The notes: a model not told the origin generated them from the sequence alone. Positions 41,893 to 56,584 are shown, counted from the stretch's first letter. The stretch is 64,000 nucleotides of DNA from Octopus vulgaris (GCA_951406725.2 OX597814.1:16492001-16556000); one strand, 5' to 3'. Numbers and translations are program-made.

Positions 41893-42354
41893 TAAGGGTA
41901 GAAATTGATATTTATCAATTAAGACCAGTGGTCTAGCATATTAAAAAAGAATCCGAAGATTAAAATATTTATATATACCAATTAAGGACTGAACACGAAA
42001 AGTGGACAGTCAACATGCTAGATATAGACGTCAAATCGTCATTCTCCACAAAAGATTATGTTCTCAGATCAAACTCAACACAAAACCATAGCAATAAACA
42101 AGTGAAAAATATACGAAATAAAATAATTACCCATGTACTAACTTAGTTTCAGCTGTTATTTTCCGCAAGGAAAACTGCAGCCATCATCAGCATGGTCCGT
42201 TATAAATGTAATTTGCTGGACTATTGTTTATTGCTATGGTTTTGTGTTGAGTTTGATCTGAGAACATAATCTTTTGTGGAGAATGACGATTTGACGTCTA
42301 TATCTAGCATGTTGACTGTCCACTTTTCGTGTTCAGTCCTTAATTGGTATATAT
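41884..42354. mobile_element. (TA)n-embedded foldback element with 131-bp perfect inverted repeats
   Basis: Arms 41971-42101 and 42224-42354 are reverse complements. The left terminus AATTAATTAAGGGT resembles the array terminus. Confidence 0.9.
42131..42195 (-). ncRNA. Type-I hammerhead ribozyme motif in the foldback loop
   Basis: Minus strand: helix I CCAUG, core CUGAUGA, extra U, helix II GGCUG...CAGCU (with inner UUUUCC/GGAAAA stem), GAA, helix III ACUAA-G-UUAGU, A17, helix I CAUGG. Predicted GUA cut between 42136 and 42135. Confidence 0.8.
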
Positions 42355-42494
42355 ATATATATGAATAAACGGATAAGTTACAGTTTTTCATCATTCTTTT
42401 GCGACATGAAATTGGGATATCAAAATTTGCCTACATGTATACATGTGTATGTTTTGTGTGCGTGTGTGTGAGTGTGTGTGCGCGTGCGTGTGTT

Positions 42495-42528
<34 letters not shown>

Positions 42529-43130
42529 TGTGTGTGTTAGTGCGTGCATGCATGTTAGTGAGTGTAAAACAACATTTGTGTTTATACTTGTTTGAATATG
42601 CTCATGTGCGTGTGGAAACATGCAGATATAATTAGAGAAATGATTTATTTCCAAATACCATTTAACACGACTGAAACTTGACACATGCGATCGCTTCAAC
42701 GGAAGAACACCAAAATACAAACTGAAATTGACCTATATGCTTTTTTAAAAGCGTTACAAAATTAGCTAATATACAAGAATTGAATTAGAGCAATCCAGTA
42801 CAAATAATCGATGCATTAACTAAAAAACTAAACAAGAAGTAATATTTGTAAGTTCTTAGTCGTGAAATCTGTACAGTATCATGGCTATCTTAATCAACAT
42901 TTTAAGAAGATCTGTCATACTATAAAGAGACAAATATACGGAATGTAAATTAATATGTTTATGTTTATAACTATTTCGTTCTAAATGGAAGTCCTATGTA
43001 AGTACTGCCTCATCGAATCGTGACCCTCATCGACATGAGGACATAAACACACGCACGTGTAATATGTATGTCAACATATGTGTGTGTGTGTGTGTGCATG
43101 TGTGTATGTCTACATAGGTATATGCAAATA

Positions 43131-43164
<34 letters not shown>

Positions 43165-43386
43165 TGAGTATGTATGTAAGTGTGTGTATATGCATCTCTC
43201 TCTCTTTCTCTCACCCTCTCTCTGTATACATAAACTGTAAATCGTTATACACAGATATGTGTGCGCCCACACATTCACATTGACACGTACATAAACACGT
43301 AGTTTTAGTGGCGAGGTTTGCTCTGTAATATCGATGCCGTGGTTTCATTTCCACTACGTGGATGTCAACAGCTTGTATATATATAT

Positions 43387-43552
43387 AGGAGTGGCTGTGT
43401 GGTAAGTAACTTTCTAACAAACCACAAGGTTCTGGGTTCAGTCCCACTGCGTGGCATCTTGGGCAAGTGTCTTCTGCTATAGCCCTGGGCCGACCAATGC
43501 TTTGTGAGTGGATTTGGTAGACGGAAACTGAAAGAAGCCTGTCGTATATATG

Positions 43553-43583
<31 letters not shown>

Positions 43584-43800
43584 TTGTGTGTCTGTGTTTG
43601 TCTCCCTAGCATTGCTTGACAACCGATGCTGGTGTGTTTACGTCCCCGTCACTTAGCGGTTCGGCAAAAAGAGACCGATAGAATAAGTACTGGGCTTACA
43701 AAAATAATAAGTCCCGGGGTCGAGTTGCTCGACTAAAGGCAGTGCTCCAGCATGGCCGCAGTCAAATGATTGAAACAAGTAAAAGAGTAAAGAGTAAGAG
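43387..43800 (+). mobile_element. SINE family S1, full length
   Basis: Near-consensus copy ending (AAGAGTA)n. Confidence 0.92.
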
Positions 43801-44156
43801 TATATATATTAATCACGCAGTTTTTGTGTACAACTATGTAAACCTAAACTCTATGGAGAACTATCCGTTAGATTGTACCGGAAAGAGGACAATAGACCCT
43901 CACACAGATGTCACGAGTTCTGAAACAGTGATTTTCCTGGGGATTTCGTTAGATGTGTACATGCGTCTGCCACTCAGATGCTTATTCATTGTGGGTCACT
44001 TGAATGAACAACCGAATATTCACGATCTTAATATTAATATAATTCACGCGCACTTGTCTGTGTTCATAGTAGGCATTGTGTTACTGCTTTCATAGATTAT
44101 TTCAGTTGATAACAACGGCAAAGATTCTTTATCAGTAAATTAAATCTCGAAATATA

Positions 44157-44371
44157 CAAGGAATGCTGAAAAGTTCCGGGCTTTGGGTAAAACAAAATAC
44201 AGGAGGATCAGTTAATTAAGATTTTATTCAACATATCTTCCTCTCAGATTCACACACTTATTGCAGCGGTCCTTCAGTTTCCTAGCCGCTGTAAAAGAAC
44301 TCAGAAGGTTGTGTCTCCAGCCGGACCTTTCGTGATACCTTTAAAACCTGGAACCTCTCAGCACCCCATCG
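44157..44371 (-). mobile_element. Mariner-derived MITE / deletion derivative
   Basis: Imperfect TIRs TGCTGAAAAGTTCC and GGAACCTCTCAGCA; minus strand encodes KLKDRCNKCVNLRGRYVE*, a mariner C-terminus. Confidence 0.75.
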
Positions 44372-44625
44372 CACGTGGGCTTCTCCTTCCGTAATTGCTA
44401 AATCTAGAATTGATGGCTTATGTGTTACATATGTGAATATCCCCGCGAATTTTGCGACCAATAAATCATGCAAAGAAGAAACTACGTCCTCGACCCTAAG
44501 TTAGAAACAATTATTGCCCTCATATTGTTCTGAGAATACCACTGAAGAGGTGTTGAAATGCTAATTGAGTAATCGGCACGACTGTTCCAAACGCTATATA
44601 GTGAAGTATAGAGTTATAATTTCTT

Positions 44626-44903
44626 GTTACGGGGACGTAAACACACCAGCAACAGTTGTCAACCGATGTTAGGGGGGACAAACACAGACACACAAACATA
44701 TACACACACATACATAAATATATATATATATCCATATATACGATGGACTTCTTTCAGTTCCCGTCTACCAAATCCACTCACAAGGCTTTGGTCGGCCCGA
44801 GGCTATAGTAGAAGACACTTGCCCAATATGCCACGCAGTGGGACTGAATACGTAAACAGGTGGTTCATTAGCAAGCTACTTACCACACAGCCACTCCTAC
44901 GCC
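44626..44903 (-). mobile_element. SINE family S1, 3'-truncated
   Basis: Reverse complement of the S1 head and middle. Confidence 0.88.
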
Positions 44904-45966
44904 AATATCTTGGTAACTTTTTGCAATTACTCCATATTAATTGGTGCATTTGACAGCTATTCACTTATTCTTAGTTATATACATACACACACGTACATAC
45001 CAATACACAAATGTATGTGTGTGCTTGCGTATATATCTTTCATCTTTAATTCTATTTTTTGCTTCAGTCATTAGACCGACGCCATACTGGGAGACCGCTT
45101 TCAAAAATTTGTAATTGAAGGAATCGACCCCACTATTTTTATTTCTAATCCTGGTAAAAATGTAAGTAGCGACTCGTTTGAAGAACCACCAAATAACGGA
45201 GACAAGTATACCAAAACCGGTGGGTGAGAAACACAAACACACACACACGTGTGCGAGCGTATGAATCCGAAGCAAAATCTCACAGACTCATTGGTATTTC
45301 AAATCATATAGCACTTCTAATAGTTTAAACAACTTACAGTGTCATCAATATAATCATTAAAACTTATATATAAATACATCCATCAGCAATGAATCTGAAT
45401 ATGAAGTAAAGCTGTTTTATAAGGAAGTATAATTCGAATTTCAATATTTCAACTGGAATTCCGATATTTCAGTTACCCATCTCATTCAATTAAATTATAT
45501 TGTTTTATCTATGAAATTTTTATTGATTATATATGGACGAGGTTGTTTCACTTTTGATGCAAAGATAGTTTCAGAAATCAGGAACGAAATTTTAAAGGGT
45601 CAATGGTTTTCTTTTTATTTTTAAGTATTTTCTTCTGAACTTTCGTGTTAGTCAGTCATTTTATCTCTAAGCGAATTCATTCATATTATAAATGTTGCAT
45701 TGGGGTTGTTATACGCTGACATTTAACGAGTGGTTAAAAATTGAAGCGTTAAATTCAATGGATATATTTCTATAGTGTGGAGTGTGGGTGAACTGACGTA
45801 CATGCACGTACAGACTTGTATATCTATGTCCGTGTTTTTGTACATATGTTGTGTGTGTGTGTGCATATATGTAATATATCACACATCTGTGTGCATATGT
45901 GTGATTGTATATATATATATATGTATGTATATAGATATAGAGAGAGAGACAGACAGACAGACACAC

Positions 45967-46015
<49 letters not shown>

Positions 46016-46127
46016 CAGATAATTAACTTTATAGGTATGTATATATACATATATATATATACAAAGATATATATATACACACACATACATATAAATATAT
46101 AAATATTATATTCATAAATACATATGA

Positions 46128-46171
<44 letters not shown>

Positions 46172-46212
46172 GTATACATATATATACATATATATACATA
46201 TATACATATATG

Positions 46213-46255
<43 letters not shown>

Positions 46256-46756
46256 TATACTCTCCGGTCGCTTTCAACCTTTGAATATCCAATCGAATTA
46301 TAAAATGTGGAGCTAGTGGATAAGCATACGATTTAACAATATTCAACTAATACCAATATGTTTAATGCAATTCACAGATAGAGCCACTGAGATACAATTC
46401 TGAATGCTGAATTAAAAATACAGTCGAAAAATTTTGCTTCCGAACAAGTTGCTATTAATTTAATTCCAGTCAGTATTCTCAGGTTGATTGCATGCTATGC
46501 ATGTGCCTGCAAAGCCTGCAGTAAAGTCGGAAGCAAGAACAAATCCTTTGCGATATTCGATCAGGCAGTTTATGATCTGATTTTGCCGGAAATGACAGAA
46601 AAGACATGGCTTATAGGTTCTCCGATACCTTTCGGATCATAGATATGAGGACATGGGTCAATAGAACATATACATTGCATGCCCGCATTCTAAATTTGTG
46701 CTATTCTCCCAGACAGCTTTCGATAGGCAAAATATGTACAGAGATCACGAAAAAAC

Positions 46757-46804
<48 letters not shown>

Positions 46805-47370
46805 GTAAGATCGTTATTTTAAATAGCTATCAAATCAAGTGGCAGCGAGGGAAGGAACAACCATATAGGTTATAATAATACAGAATCTTGCGCTGTTTTG
46901 AATACTTGATTTGGTTTTAGAGTCAAGCTTTGACTGCTATTTCATGCATGGTGGTATCTCTTATATACCTCTCTATATAATTTTATACATATATATATAT
47001 ATATATATGTTTGTAGTGTTTGTAGTAGCTTCTTCTCTCGATCGCAATGTATGGAGGTCCAGCAGCCTTATGTAGCTGTTTGGCTACCCATACAGATTAT
47101 TTGCTTTAGGTGGTGAGCGCTCGTGTAGGACCATCCACACTTTCTCGAAATGCCGGTAGCAGAAATTTCGTGCAAATGTCTATCACAATTATAATGAGCG
47201 AAATACCTAAGGATCTTTGTTTCATGCTCTTCATCTCTTGTAAGTATTGCTGCGCCACGGCCTAGAATCTGGTTCAATAAATCCACACCTTGCTAACAAA
47301 CTAGAAATTTCGGAGTACTCGTGCACATACACACACACATACTTACATTCATAGATACATGTATGTGTAG

Positions 47371-47436
<66 letters not shown>

Positions 47437-47494
47437 TTAGATAGATAGGAAAATAGATGCATGTATGTAGATATAAAATAGATGCATGTATGTA

Positions 47495-47805
47495 GCATGG
47501 CTTAGTAGTTCAGGTGTTGCCCTCACAATTGCGAGATTGTGGTTGCGACTCCCACATCGGGCGTCGCGTTGTATTCTTGAGCAAGGTATTTCATTTCACG
47601 CTGTTCTGCGATCATTTCAACATCTGATATGTGGCACCTCTTACACCTCTACAGGTAATGTCGACGTGATGGGGGAAATGACATGATAAGCATCCACAAG
47701 CATCCACAAGCATTTCACAAGCATTTCATCTCTATAAACAAATCATCTGTGTGGTTGTTCGGTAAGAAATTGCTGAACCCTCATACGTCGTCCAACGACG
47801 ACAGG
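47495..47805 (+). mobile_element. Diverged S2-related SINE
   Basis: GCATGGCTTAGTAGTT...TTCTTGAGCAAGGTATTTCATTTCACG. Confidence 0.6.
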
Positions 47806-47819
47806 TACGTCCTCGTATA

Positions 47820-47887
<68 letters not shown>

Positions 47888-48283
47888 AGTGAGTGTGTAT
47901 GCATAAATATATATGTATATATACACACATATATATGCATGTGTGTGTACATGCGAGTGTGTGTATGTGTGTGTGTGTGTGTTTGGAAGGACGTTGACTT
48001 TCATTGCAGGGTGTCCAGAACAAGACACCAAACACCACAGTAGACTTAATGGTGCTGCCAGTTTAGTCGCCGCGGCCCACCCATGTATTAAGTTGAAAGT
48101 CTTCAAATCTTACAAGTAGCATTCAACAGTGAACTGATATGCACACGCGCGCCTATATATATATATATGTCTCTATATGCGCGTGTGTGTGTGTGTAATT
48201 AGGCATATTTGTATGTACGTATGTATATATAAAGTTAAATGCATATATATATATATACACGTGTAAATATACATGCATATATA

Positions 48284-48332
<49 letters not shown>

Positions 48333-48874
48333 ATGTGTGTGTGTGTGTGTGTATGTGTGTGTGTGTGTGACATATACAACTGTATACACACACACACGTA
48401 CATACATACATACATACATGTATATATATATATATATATATGCATAAATACTAGGCGGCTATCAGTCATATGAGTAGGTAATTTGGAAATATACTTTTGG
48501 CACCATGTGTAATATAAAGAAATATGACATATATACAATAATTTCAAAATACTTTTTCAAATCTCTTGGTTTTACAACAAATGAAGACATAAACACAAGT
48601 TTAACAACAAAAATATTTATTAACAGAAATTTAATCAGGAAACGCTTTAATTTAATTCTTCTTTTAACTAATAATTTACATTTTGAACTCTCCCTTCTGT
48701 CAGCAAGTCAAGTATCTGCATTCATCCTACACTTCTTATATTAATGCTCGTTCTAAATCTATTTGATTGCATTTTCTCTTCTCTCTATATGATGCAAAAC
48801 GTAACTGGAGAAACTAACAAACGAACCAACAAACTAGCCAAGAAACAGATGTTCATATCGGCTACAATATATAC

Positions 48875-48934
<60 letters not shown>

Positions 48935-49003
48935 GTCTTTATATATATATATATATATATACATACACACACATATATATATATATCTATATATATATAC
49001 ACT

Positions 49004-49040
<37 letters not shown>

Positions 49041-49078
49041 ACATACATACATACATACATATATACATAGATATTCGG

Positions 49079-49257
49079 TTGTGTCTGGGGAGAGTTATTT
49101 ACTTTTTGTGCCCTTTTCAATAGTCTTGACTATTGAAAATGTTGCAAGACGCAACGAAAATTTTAAGACAATAAAAATAAGAAATAAGTGGAAATTTTAC
49201 CGGTGAGTGTGTTAAATCATAAGGCACAAAAAAGAAAATGACTCTCCCCAGACACAA
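49079..49257. repeat. Foldback / MITE-like element
   Basis: Arms TTGTGTCTGGGGAGAGTTATTTACTTTTTGTGCC and GGCACAAAAAAGAAAATGACTCTCCCCAGACACAA; inner hairpin TTTTCAATAGTC-TT-GACTATTGAAAA. Confidence 0.75.
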
Positions 49258-50109
49258 TAGAACATGCTTCAAAACACGAACTCACATAGAAATCTGAAAA
49301 TCAAATCCAAAAATTAAATATACATAAATACATATATATATATATATATATATATCTACATTCCCACACACGTGCAAGCGCACACACACAGACACAGGCA
49401 GACACAAACACACACACACACACACATGCATGCAGACACATATATATATATACGGTATTCTCCTTTATGTATTTATATATATATATTACATATATAAACA
49501 CATGGAAAAAATATATATATATGCACATACATACACACACACACACACACACAAATACACACACACACGCACACACATACATATATATAAAGAAAGAGAA
49601 AGAGAGGCCGATAGAATACATACGTACACACATGTCTTCATGAATATATATACCCACAGAATAAAATATACATAAGCGTCTGTATATATATTGTTTTGTT
49701 AACATTGAAGAGACGTGTACCTCAAGAATTGGGAATTTCGTTTTAGCACTTATCAAACTAACGCACAAAACACTCGGCTCTTGTGTCACTCTGTTGCATC
49801 CTCTAAATATTAATTGAGAAAAAAATATATATAATCTCTTGTTTTGGGTTCTTCACCAAAAAACCTGTAAATATTTGTATATTCATATTCATTGAAATAT
49901 TTCGAAGTCTTAACGTCTTATTAATTCGTAGATGTCCTGTTGTAGCATAACATTTTTGTCGTGCATTATTACACCTGGCAAGAAAGCTGACATAACCGTT
50001 AGCATGCAAGGTAGAGTTCAGACCGGTATTTCTTTCTCCTTTAAGTTGCCTTTCATCTTGTCGAGGTCTATAAAATAAGCACTAGTTAAGGACTGGGGGC
50101 GATGTAACC

Positions 50110-50339
50110 TGTTTCTTTACTAGCCACAATGGGCTAAACATAGAGTGAACAAACAAGGACAGACAAAGGGATTAAGTCAATTACATCGACCCCAGTGCGT
50201 AACTGGTACTTAATTTATCGACCCCGAAAGGATGAAAGGCAAAGTCGACCTCGGCGGAATTTGAACTCAGAACGTAACGGCAGACGAAATACGGCTACGC
50301 ATTTCACCCGGCGTGCTAACGTTTCTGCCAGCTCACCGC
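50110..50339 (-). mobile_element. Young S3 SINE nested in an older plus-strand S3 copy
   Basis: Flanked by direct repeat GCGATGTAACC at 50099-50109 and 50338-50348. Confidence 0.85.
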
Positions 50340-50669
50340 GATGTAACCATCTTACCCACTCTCCCGAACATGGTGGCTTTGTGTAAAAACTTGAAACCAT
50401 TATTACACCAGGCGAAATTTATCTCACTTAAACTAATATCTTACAAAAAACGTAATATACTTCAGTGTGAAGAATAAAATAAGGCAATCATTCAACGGCG
50501 CCGAAAGGATGAGAGGAAGTGTTGAAGTTCAACACAGTCTCAAATAACGTAGTAATAAGCTTTATGCAACGCGATAACGAATATTCCGATCTTCCACCGC
50601 AAAATATCTTTCTTTCTTTTAGTATATACACTTGAATAAGTATGTATATATTCGGAAATGCATTAATAA

Positions 50670-50764
<95 letters not shown>

Positions 50765-50845
50765 TACATACATACATACATACATACATACATACATACA
50801 TGTATGTATGTATGTACATACATACATATATATATATATATTTGC

Positions 50846-50876
<31 letters not shown>

Positions 50877-50914
50877 AGCATAACATGTATGTGATACACA
50901 TGAAATTTCAAATC

Positions 50915-50959
<45 letters not shown>

Positions 50960-51496
50960 TATATATATGTATATATATTTATATTCATACATATATACCC
51001 ACACTCATATCTATCTATATATATATATATCATTCGACACGATTATGATGCACATGAAATTTGAAATAATTCCTTATTTTCTTGATATCCCTTGCTTAAA
51101 TTACTCTATAATTATGTGTATATTGACATGTACGCGCGGGCATGTATGCACCACTGGTTTTGTTATTTAAGTATAAGCATTCATATACACACGTTCATAC
51201 ATGTACTAATATGTTTGTATGTGTGTGTTTGCATGTGTGTATACATATATATACAAACAGACACACACACACACGTACACACACACACACGTACACACAC
51301 ACACACAGACATGTATGCATGTAAGTATTTACGCACGTATTTGTACTTGCATATATATATATTTCTATATTTATACTTGAAATGCATTCTGTTTTTATTC
51401 TAATGTACGGTTTTCTATTCGTGGAATTCCAACTTTAAAAAGCACTATATATATGTGTTTGTGTGTTTGTCTGTGCGTGTGACTGTGTATACATAG

Positions 51497-51563
<67 letters not shown>

Positions 51564-51905
51564 TGTATACAGAGATGGGAGAAAGGGATTGAGATGTGTG
51601 TGTATGTATATTAAACATACATTAACATGTATATACGTCTCTTTCTTTACGGTGGTGTCCTTAATATAACATTGTTTCGGGTTCAGAAATTCCACAGATT
51701 TATAATTTCTTTGGATATGGGAATTCTTGATTATATTTTTTAGTCGACTGTAACTGCGCTTAATCTCTTCTGATGGGTAATTACTATCACCTGTATGACA
51801 CACTTTAGTAGTGACCAAAGGGTAGCCAAAAAGATCTACATGATGAGTCTTCTACCTTGATCAATAACCTTCATTGTAACACGAACCCTATCATATTTAT
51901 ATCAC

Positions 51906-51967
<62 letters not shown>

Positions 51968-52360
51968 GAAAAACTTGTTAACTTTAAGCAATTATTGTCT
52001 ATTCGTATCTTCTATATGTACACTAGAAAAATATAGATGTTTGTTTCAGAGTAGCATTATTTTATACAAACAGTCATTCTATATTTTATGCGAAAGCTCA
52101 ACTATATTCACGAATATTTTCAAATTTCAATTTTGTTTGTTACTGTAACGTAACATTCCGATGAATGTTACGTTACGATAAACTCTATACTTGTAGTGAT
52201 ATTTACTAGACAAATTGTAATATATTCAAATATGACGAGGTATATTGCCGTGCACACGCTGAGATAATTTGTTCATGTGTTAGTATACATACATGCATAG
52301 AAAAACAAATATATTTATAAATATGTATATATATATATATAAACATATGTATATACATAA

Positions 52361-52407
<47 letters not shown>

Positions 52408-52497
52408 TATATTTATATATACATATGTATATATATGCATACCTCTATATGTATGCGTAGCAATATATATGTATACGATATATATTATGTATACATA

Positions 52498-52716
52498 TTC
52501 TTTTATTTCCTTCACTCCTTTAACTGCAGCCATCCTGGAGCACCGCCTTTGGTCGAAAATATCAACCTCAGAGCTTATTGTTTGTAAGCGTAGCACTAAT
52601 TATATAGGTCTCTTTTGCCGAAGCGCTAAGTTACGGGCACGTAAACACACTCGCATCAGTTGCCAAGCGATGGTGGGGCTACAAACATAGACTCACATAT
52701 AGATGCATAGATGAAT

Positions 52717-52779
<63 letters not shown>

Positions 52780-52789
52780 TCTGTGTGTG

Positions 52790-52833
<44 letters not shown>

Positions 52834-52970
52834 CGACGAGTTGCTTCCAATTTCTGTCTATCAACTACAAAAACAGAAGGATTTGGTCGGTCCGAGGTTC
52901 CTGGCAGTGGAACTGAACTCGGAGTCGTGTGGTTGAGAAGGAAGCTGCTTACCACACAGTTATGCCAGCA
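52498..52970 (-). mobile_element. Diverged SINE family S1
   Basis: CCATCCTGGAGCACCGCCTTT...GCTTACCACACAG with expanded internal (TA)n. Confidence 0.7.
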
Positions 52971-53022
52971 GATATATATATATATATATATGTATACATT
53001 CATATATACATATACATATGTA

Positions 53023-53082
<60 letters not shown>

Positions 53083-53327
53083 CATTATATCTATATATTT
53101 ATATTTATATATATGTATTATATATTATATATACATATCATATATATATACACACATATACATATTATATCTATATCTATATTACGTATATACATATGTA
53201 TATGTATATATATATACATAGACCCATGCGCACACATGCTCACAGAGGGACACACACGCATACACATATGTGTGTGTGCATGTGTGTGTGTGTAAATATA
53301 TGTATATATATATACAGTCGACTAAAA

Positions 53328-53380
<53 letters not shown>

Positions 53381-53872
53381 AATTTTGCAATTGATAATAA
53401 ATATTGTATTGAAAAAATGAAGTTAGAAAATGATTGATAAAAGTACAGGTTATGAAAAATGCGCGTACTGATGCTTGATAGATGGAACTAAGTGAAATTT
53501 ACCATTATATGTGAAACGTATAGTTATCAAAATATTGGAGGAAATTAATGAACGGCGATTAATTAAGTTAGAACCATCCCTGTACTTACATACACTCTGC
53601 AATTTTTTTTAGCCTTTACATAAAAAACATAATCAGCTGTGAAAAATCAAGAGGCTGTTTGTGGTTTTTATATGTGGTGGATAGAAAAAAAAAAACTTTC
53701 CACTGTAACTAAAAAAGAAGTAACTTTGTACAAATGTAGTAGAAAGTTTAAACATATCAGGACACGGTGAAATTTCAAGAAAGAAGGAAAACAATAGAAT
53801 CATGAAGAAAATAACTAAGGGTTTGCCTCAAATATATATGTTTATATATATATATATATGTATATATATATA

Positions 53873-53938
<66 letters not shown>

Positions 53939-53939
53939 G

Positions 53940-53972
<33 letters not shown>

Positions 53973-54052
53973 ACATATATATACACACATATATATACAT
54001 ACATATATGCATATACATTATACTTATATATATGTATGTATATGCATGTATG

Positions 54053-54095
<43 letters not shown>

Positions 54096-54561
54096 ATGTG
54101 TGTATATATGTATATATGTGTGTATATATATGTATATGTATATACATATATATGTATGTATATTTATGTGTATATGTATATATACATATATTCATGTATA
54201 TGTATATATGCACATATATATATATGTAAATATATATATGTGTGTGTGTATATATATGTATGTATATATATATGTGTGTGTGTGTATGTATATATATGTG
54301 TATATATAAATATAGATGATAGATATGTGTGTGTGTGTATATATAATATGTGTCTGTGTATATCTATGAGTGGTTGTGTGTATGGGTGTGGTACTGTACA
54401 TGTGTTAGTGTGCCTTTATATATGTATATATTATTTATATATGTATAATTATATATAAGTATGTACTTATACACATGTTTACACATGTACATTTATATAT
54501 ACATACGCATATGTGTGTATGCATACACACAATCACACACACGCACGCATACACGCACACC

Positions 54562-54649
<88 letters not shown>

Positions 54650-54715
54650 GTAGGTCCCGGGTTGAGTCGGGGTTAACCACAGTAAATAAGGTACTCAATA
54701 AGAAGCTACTTCTAT

Positions 54716-54720
<5 letters not shown>
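54650..54720 (+). repeat. Short (TA)n-embedded element related to 57281-57445
   Basis: GTAGGTCCCGGGTTGAGTCGGGGTTAACCACAGTAAATAAGGTACTCAATA matches the reverse complement of 57395-57445. Confidence 0.85.
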
Positions 54721-54768
<48 letters not shown>

Positions 54769-56176
54769 AAAATATATTCACTAATAAGTAAACAAACGTA
54801 TATGTGAAAATTTGTTGCTTATTAAATTTCCCCATTGCACACATAGTATTTAATTGTATTATAGATATATCTTTAGGAAAAGGCATATGTAAATAGATAT
54901 GTGTGGGTGTAGGTAGGTATAAATATATCAATATAGAGAGAGATAGATATATGTATCTGTCGAAGTATGTGTTTGTGTTTTATGTATGTGTTTATGCGTG
55001 TGACCCGAGCCGAGTGGAATTCTGAACAGAGAAACATAACGGGTTAATATAGCACCATACATGACTACCTTTATCTACGGAAAGAGCATCTTACCCAGCT
55101 GAAATGCTATGCATCAGTCGGTGACAGTTATACAACTGTAGGAACAGCTGAATTATTAGTAGTAATGGAGAGAGACGTTCAAACGTATGTACGTACGAAT
55201 CAAGAATTCTGGTTTGCTGATAAAGTGGATTTTAATTACCACGTTACGAAAGCAAAACTAAACTTTAAAAAAACGCTACATGAATAAGAATATAACCATG
55301 TAAATCTAATTATCAGTCTATTTGTTTACATATCTATTTATCTATGTATGTGTATATCTATATATCTGTATAGCTGCCCATATACATTTTACACATAAAC
55401 ATATATGTACACACGCACATAAAACACATTTGTATAGATAGTGTGTATATTACATGTATGTTCATGCATGTTTGTAACAGCTTTATTACATAGTATACAT
55501 AACTATACAAATGTCTATGTATACACACAGGCGCAGACACATACAGCAAAAACGTGTGTGCGTCTTTGCCTGTGTGCATACAGCCACACATACATTCTGA
55601 ACAAGTGTGCATGTCATATTGTATTTATGTGTAAAACTCAGCGCTGCATACATAGAAAATGTTACATTCAATATTACACATAATGAAAATTCAAATATTG
55701 ACAGACACACAGACACACAGAGATACAAATCCACACACAGACACGCACACACATACGCGTGCGCAAAGGCACAGACACACACAAGCCTACACGGGACACA
55801 CACCTGTTCTGTGCATGAAATGCGAGATAGTTTGCGCTATAAATACTATATATGTGTTCATCTATGTATATGTGTCTGTATAAATACGTGTATGCGCGTG
55901 TTTTTTGCTTGAATGTTTGTGTGCGCGTGTCTGTGTATGTGCGTGTGAATAAATACTTTCACACTTACCTTCTGAAATATTGCCGGAAAATGACCATATC
56001 TATGTATGAATGAATATATGTCTGTATGTATGTATGTCTGTATGTATGTATGTCTGTATGTATGAACCATATATATACACGTATGGATATAATCTTCGGT
56101 GAATTTACGTTGGGTCTCCTCAAATATAGATACATTCACGCACATAAACGCACACAAATGTATAAACATATAGCGG

Positions 56177-56219
<43 letters not shown>

Positions 56220-56445
56220 GATTTGGGAATACAAATTTCCAAATAAATCAGGTGTACCCCTACAGTGTTATATGCATCTACATATCGTACTTTAGGGTCT
56301 TATTTATCGTATATTTCTATATTTATCTATAAATATACAAAGTATCTGCTAAAAGTCAATATTAAATTTTTGGGTATTAACCGATGTGTGGGTATTCTAT
56401 TTCAGATAATACAATATATATATACGTACATACATGTAAATATAT

Positions 56446-56480
<35 letters not shown>

Positions 56481-56491
56481 CATACATGTAA

Positions 56492-56525
<34 letters not shown>

Positions 56526-56532
56526 TGTATAA

Positions 56533-56581
<49 letters not shown>

Positions 56582-56584
56582 AAC

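Noticed and set aside
47068-47286. DNA transposase remnant (GAAIL...CDRHLHEI)
   Set aside because: Only a faint motif resemblance, with no TIRs or further motifs.
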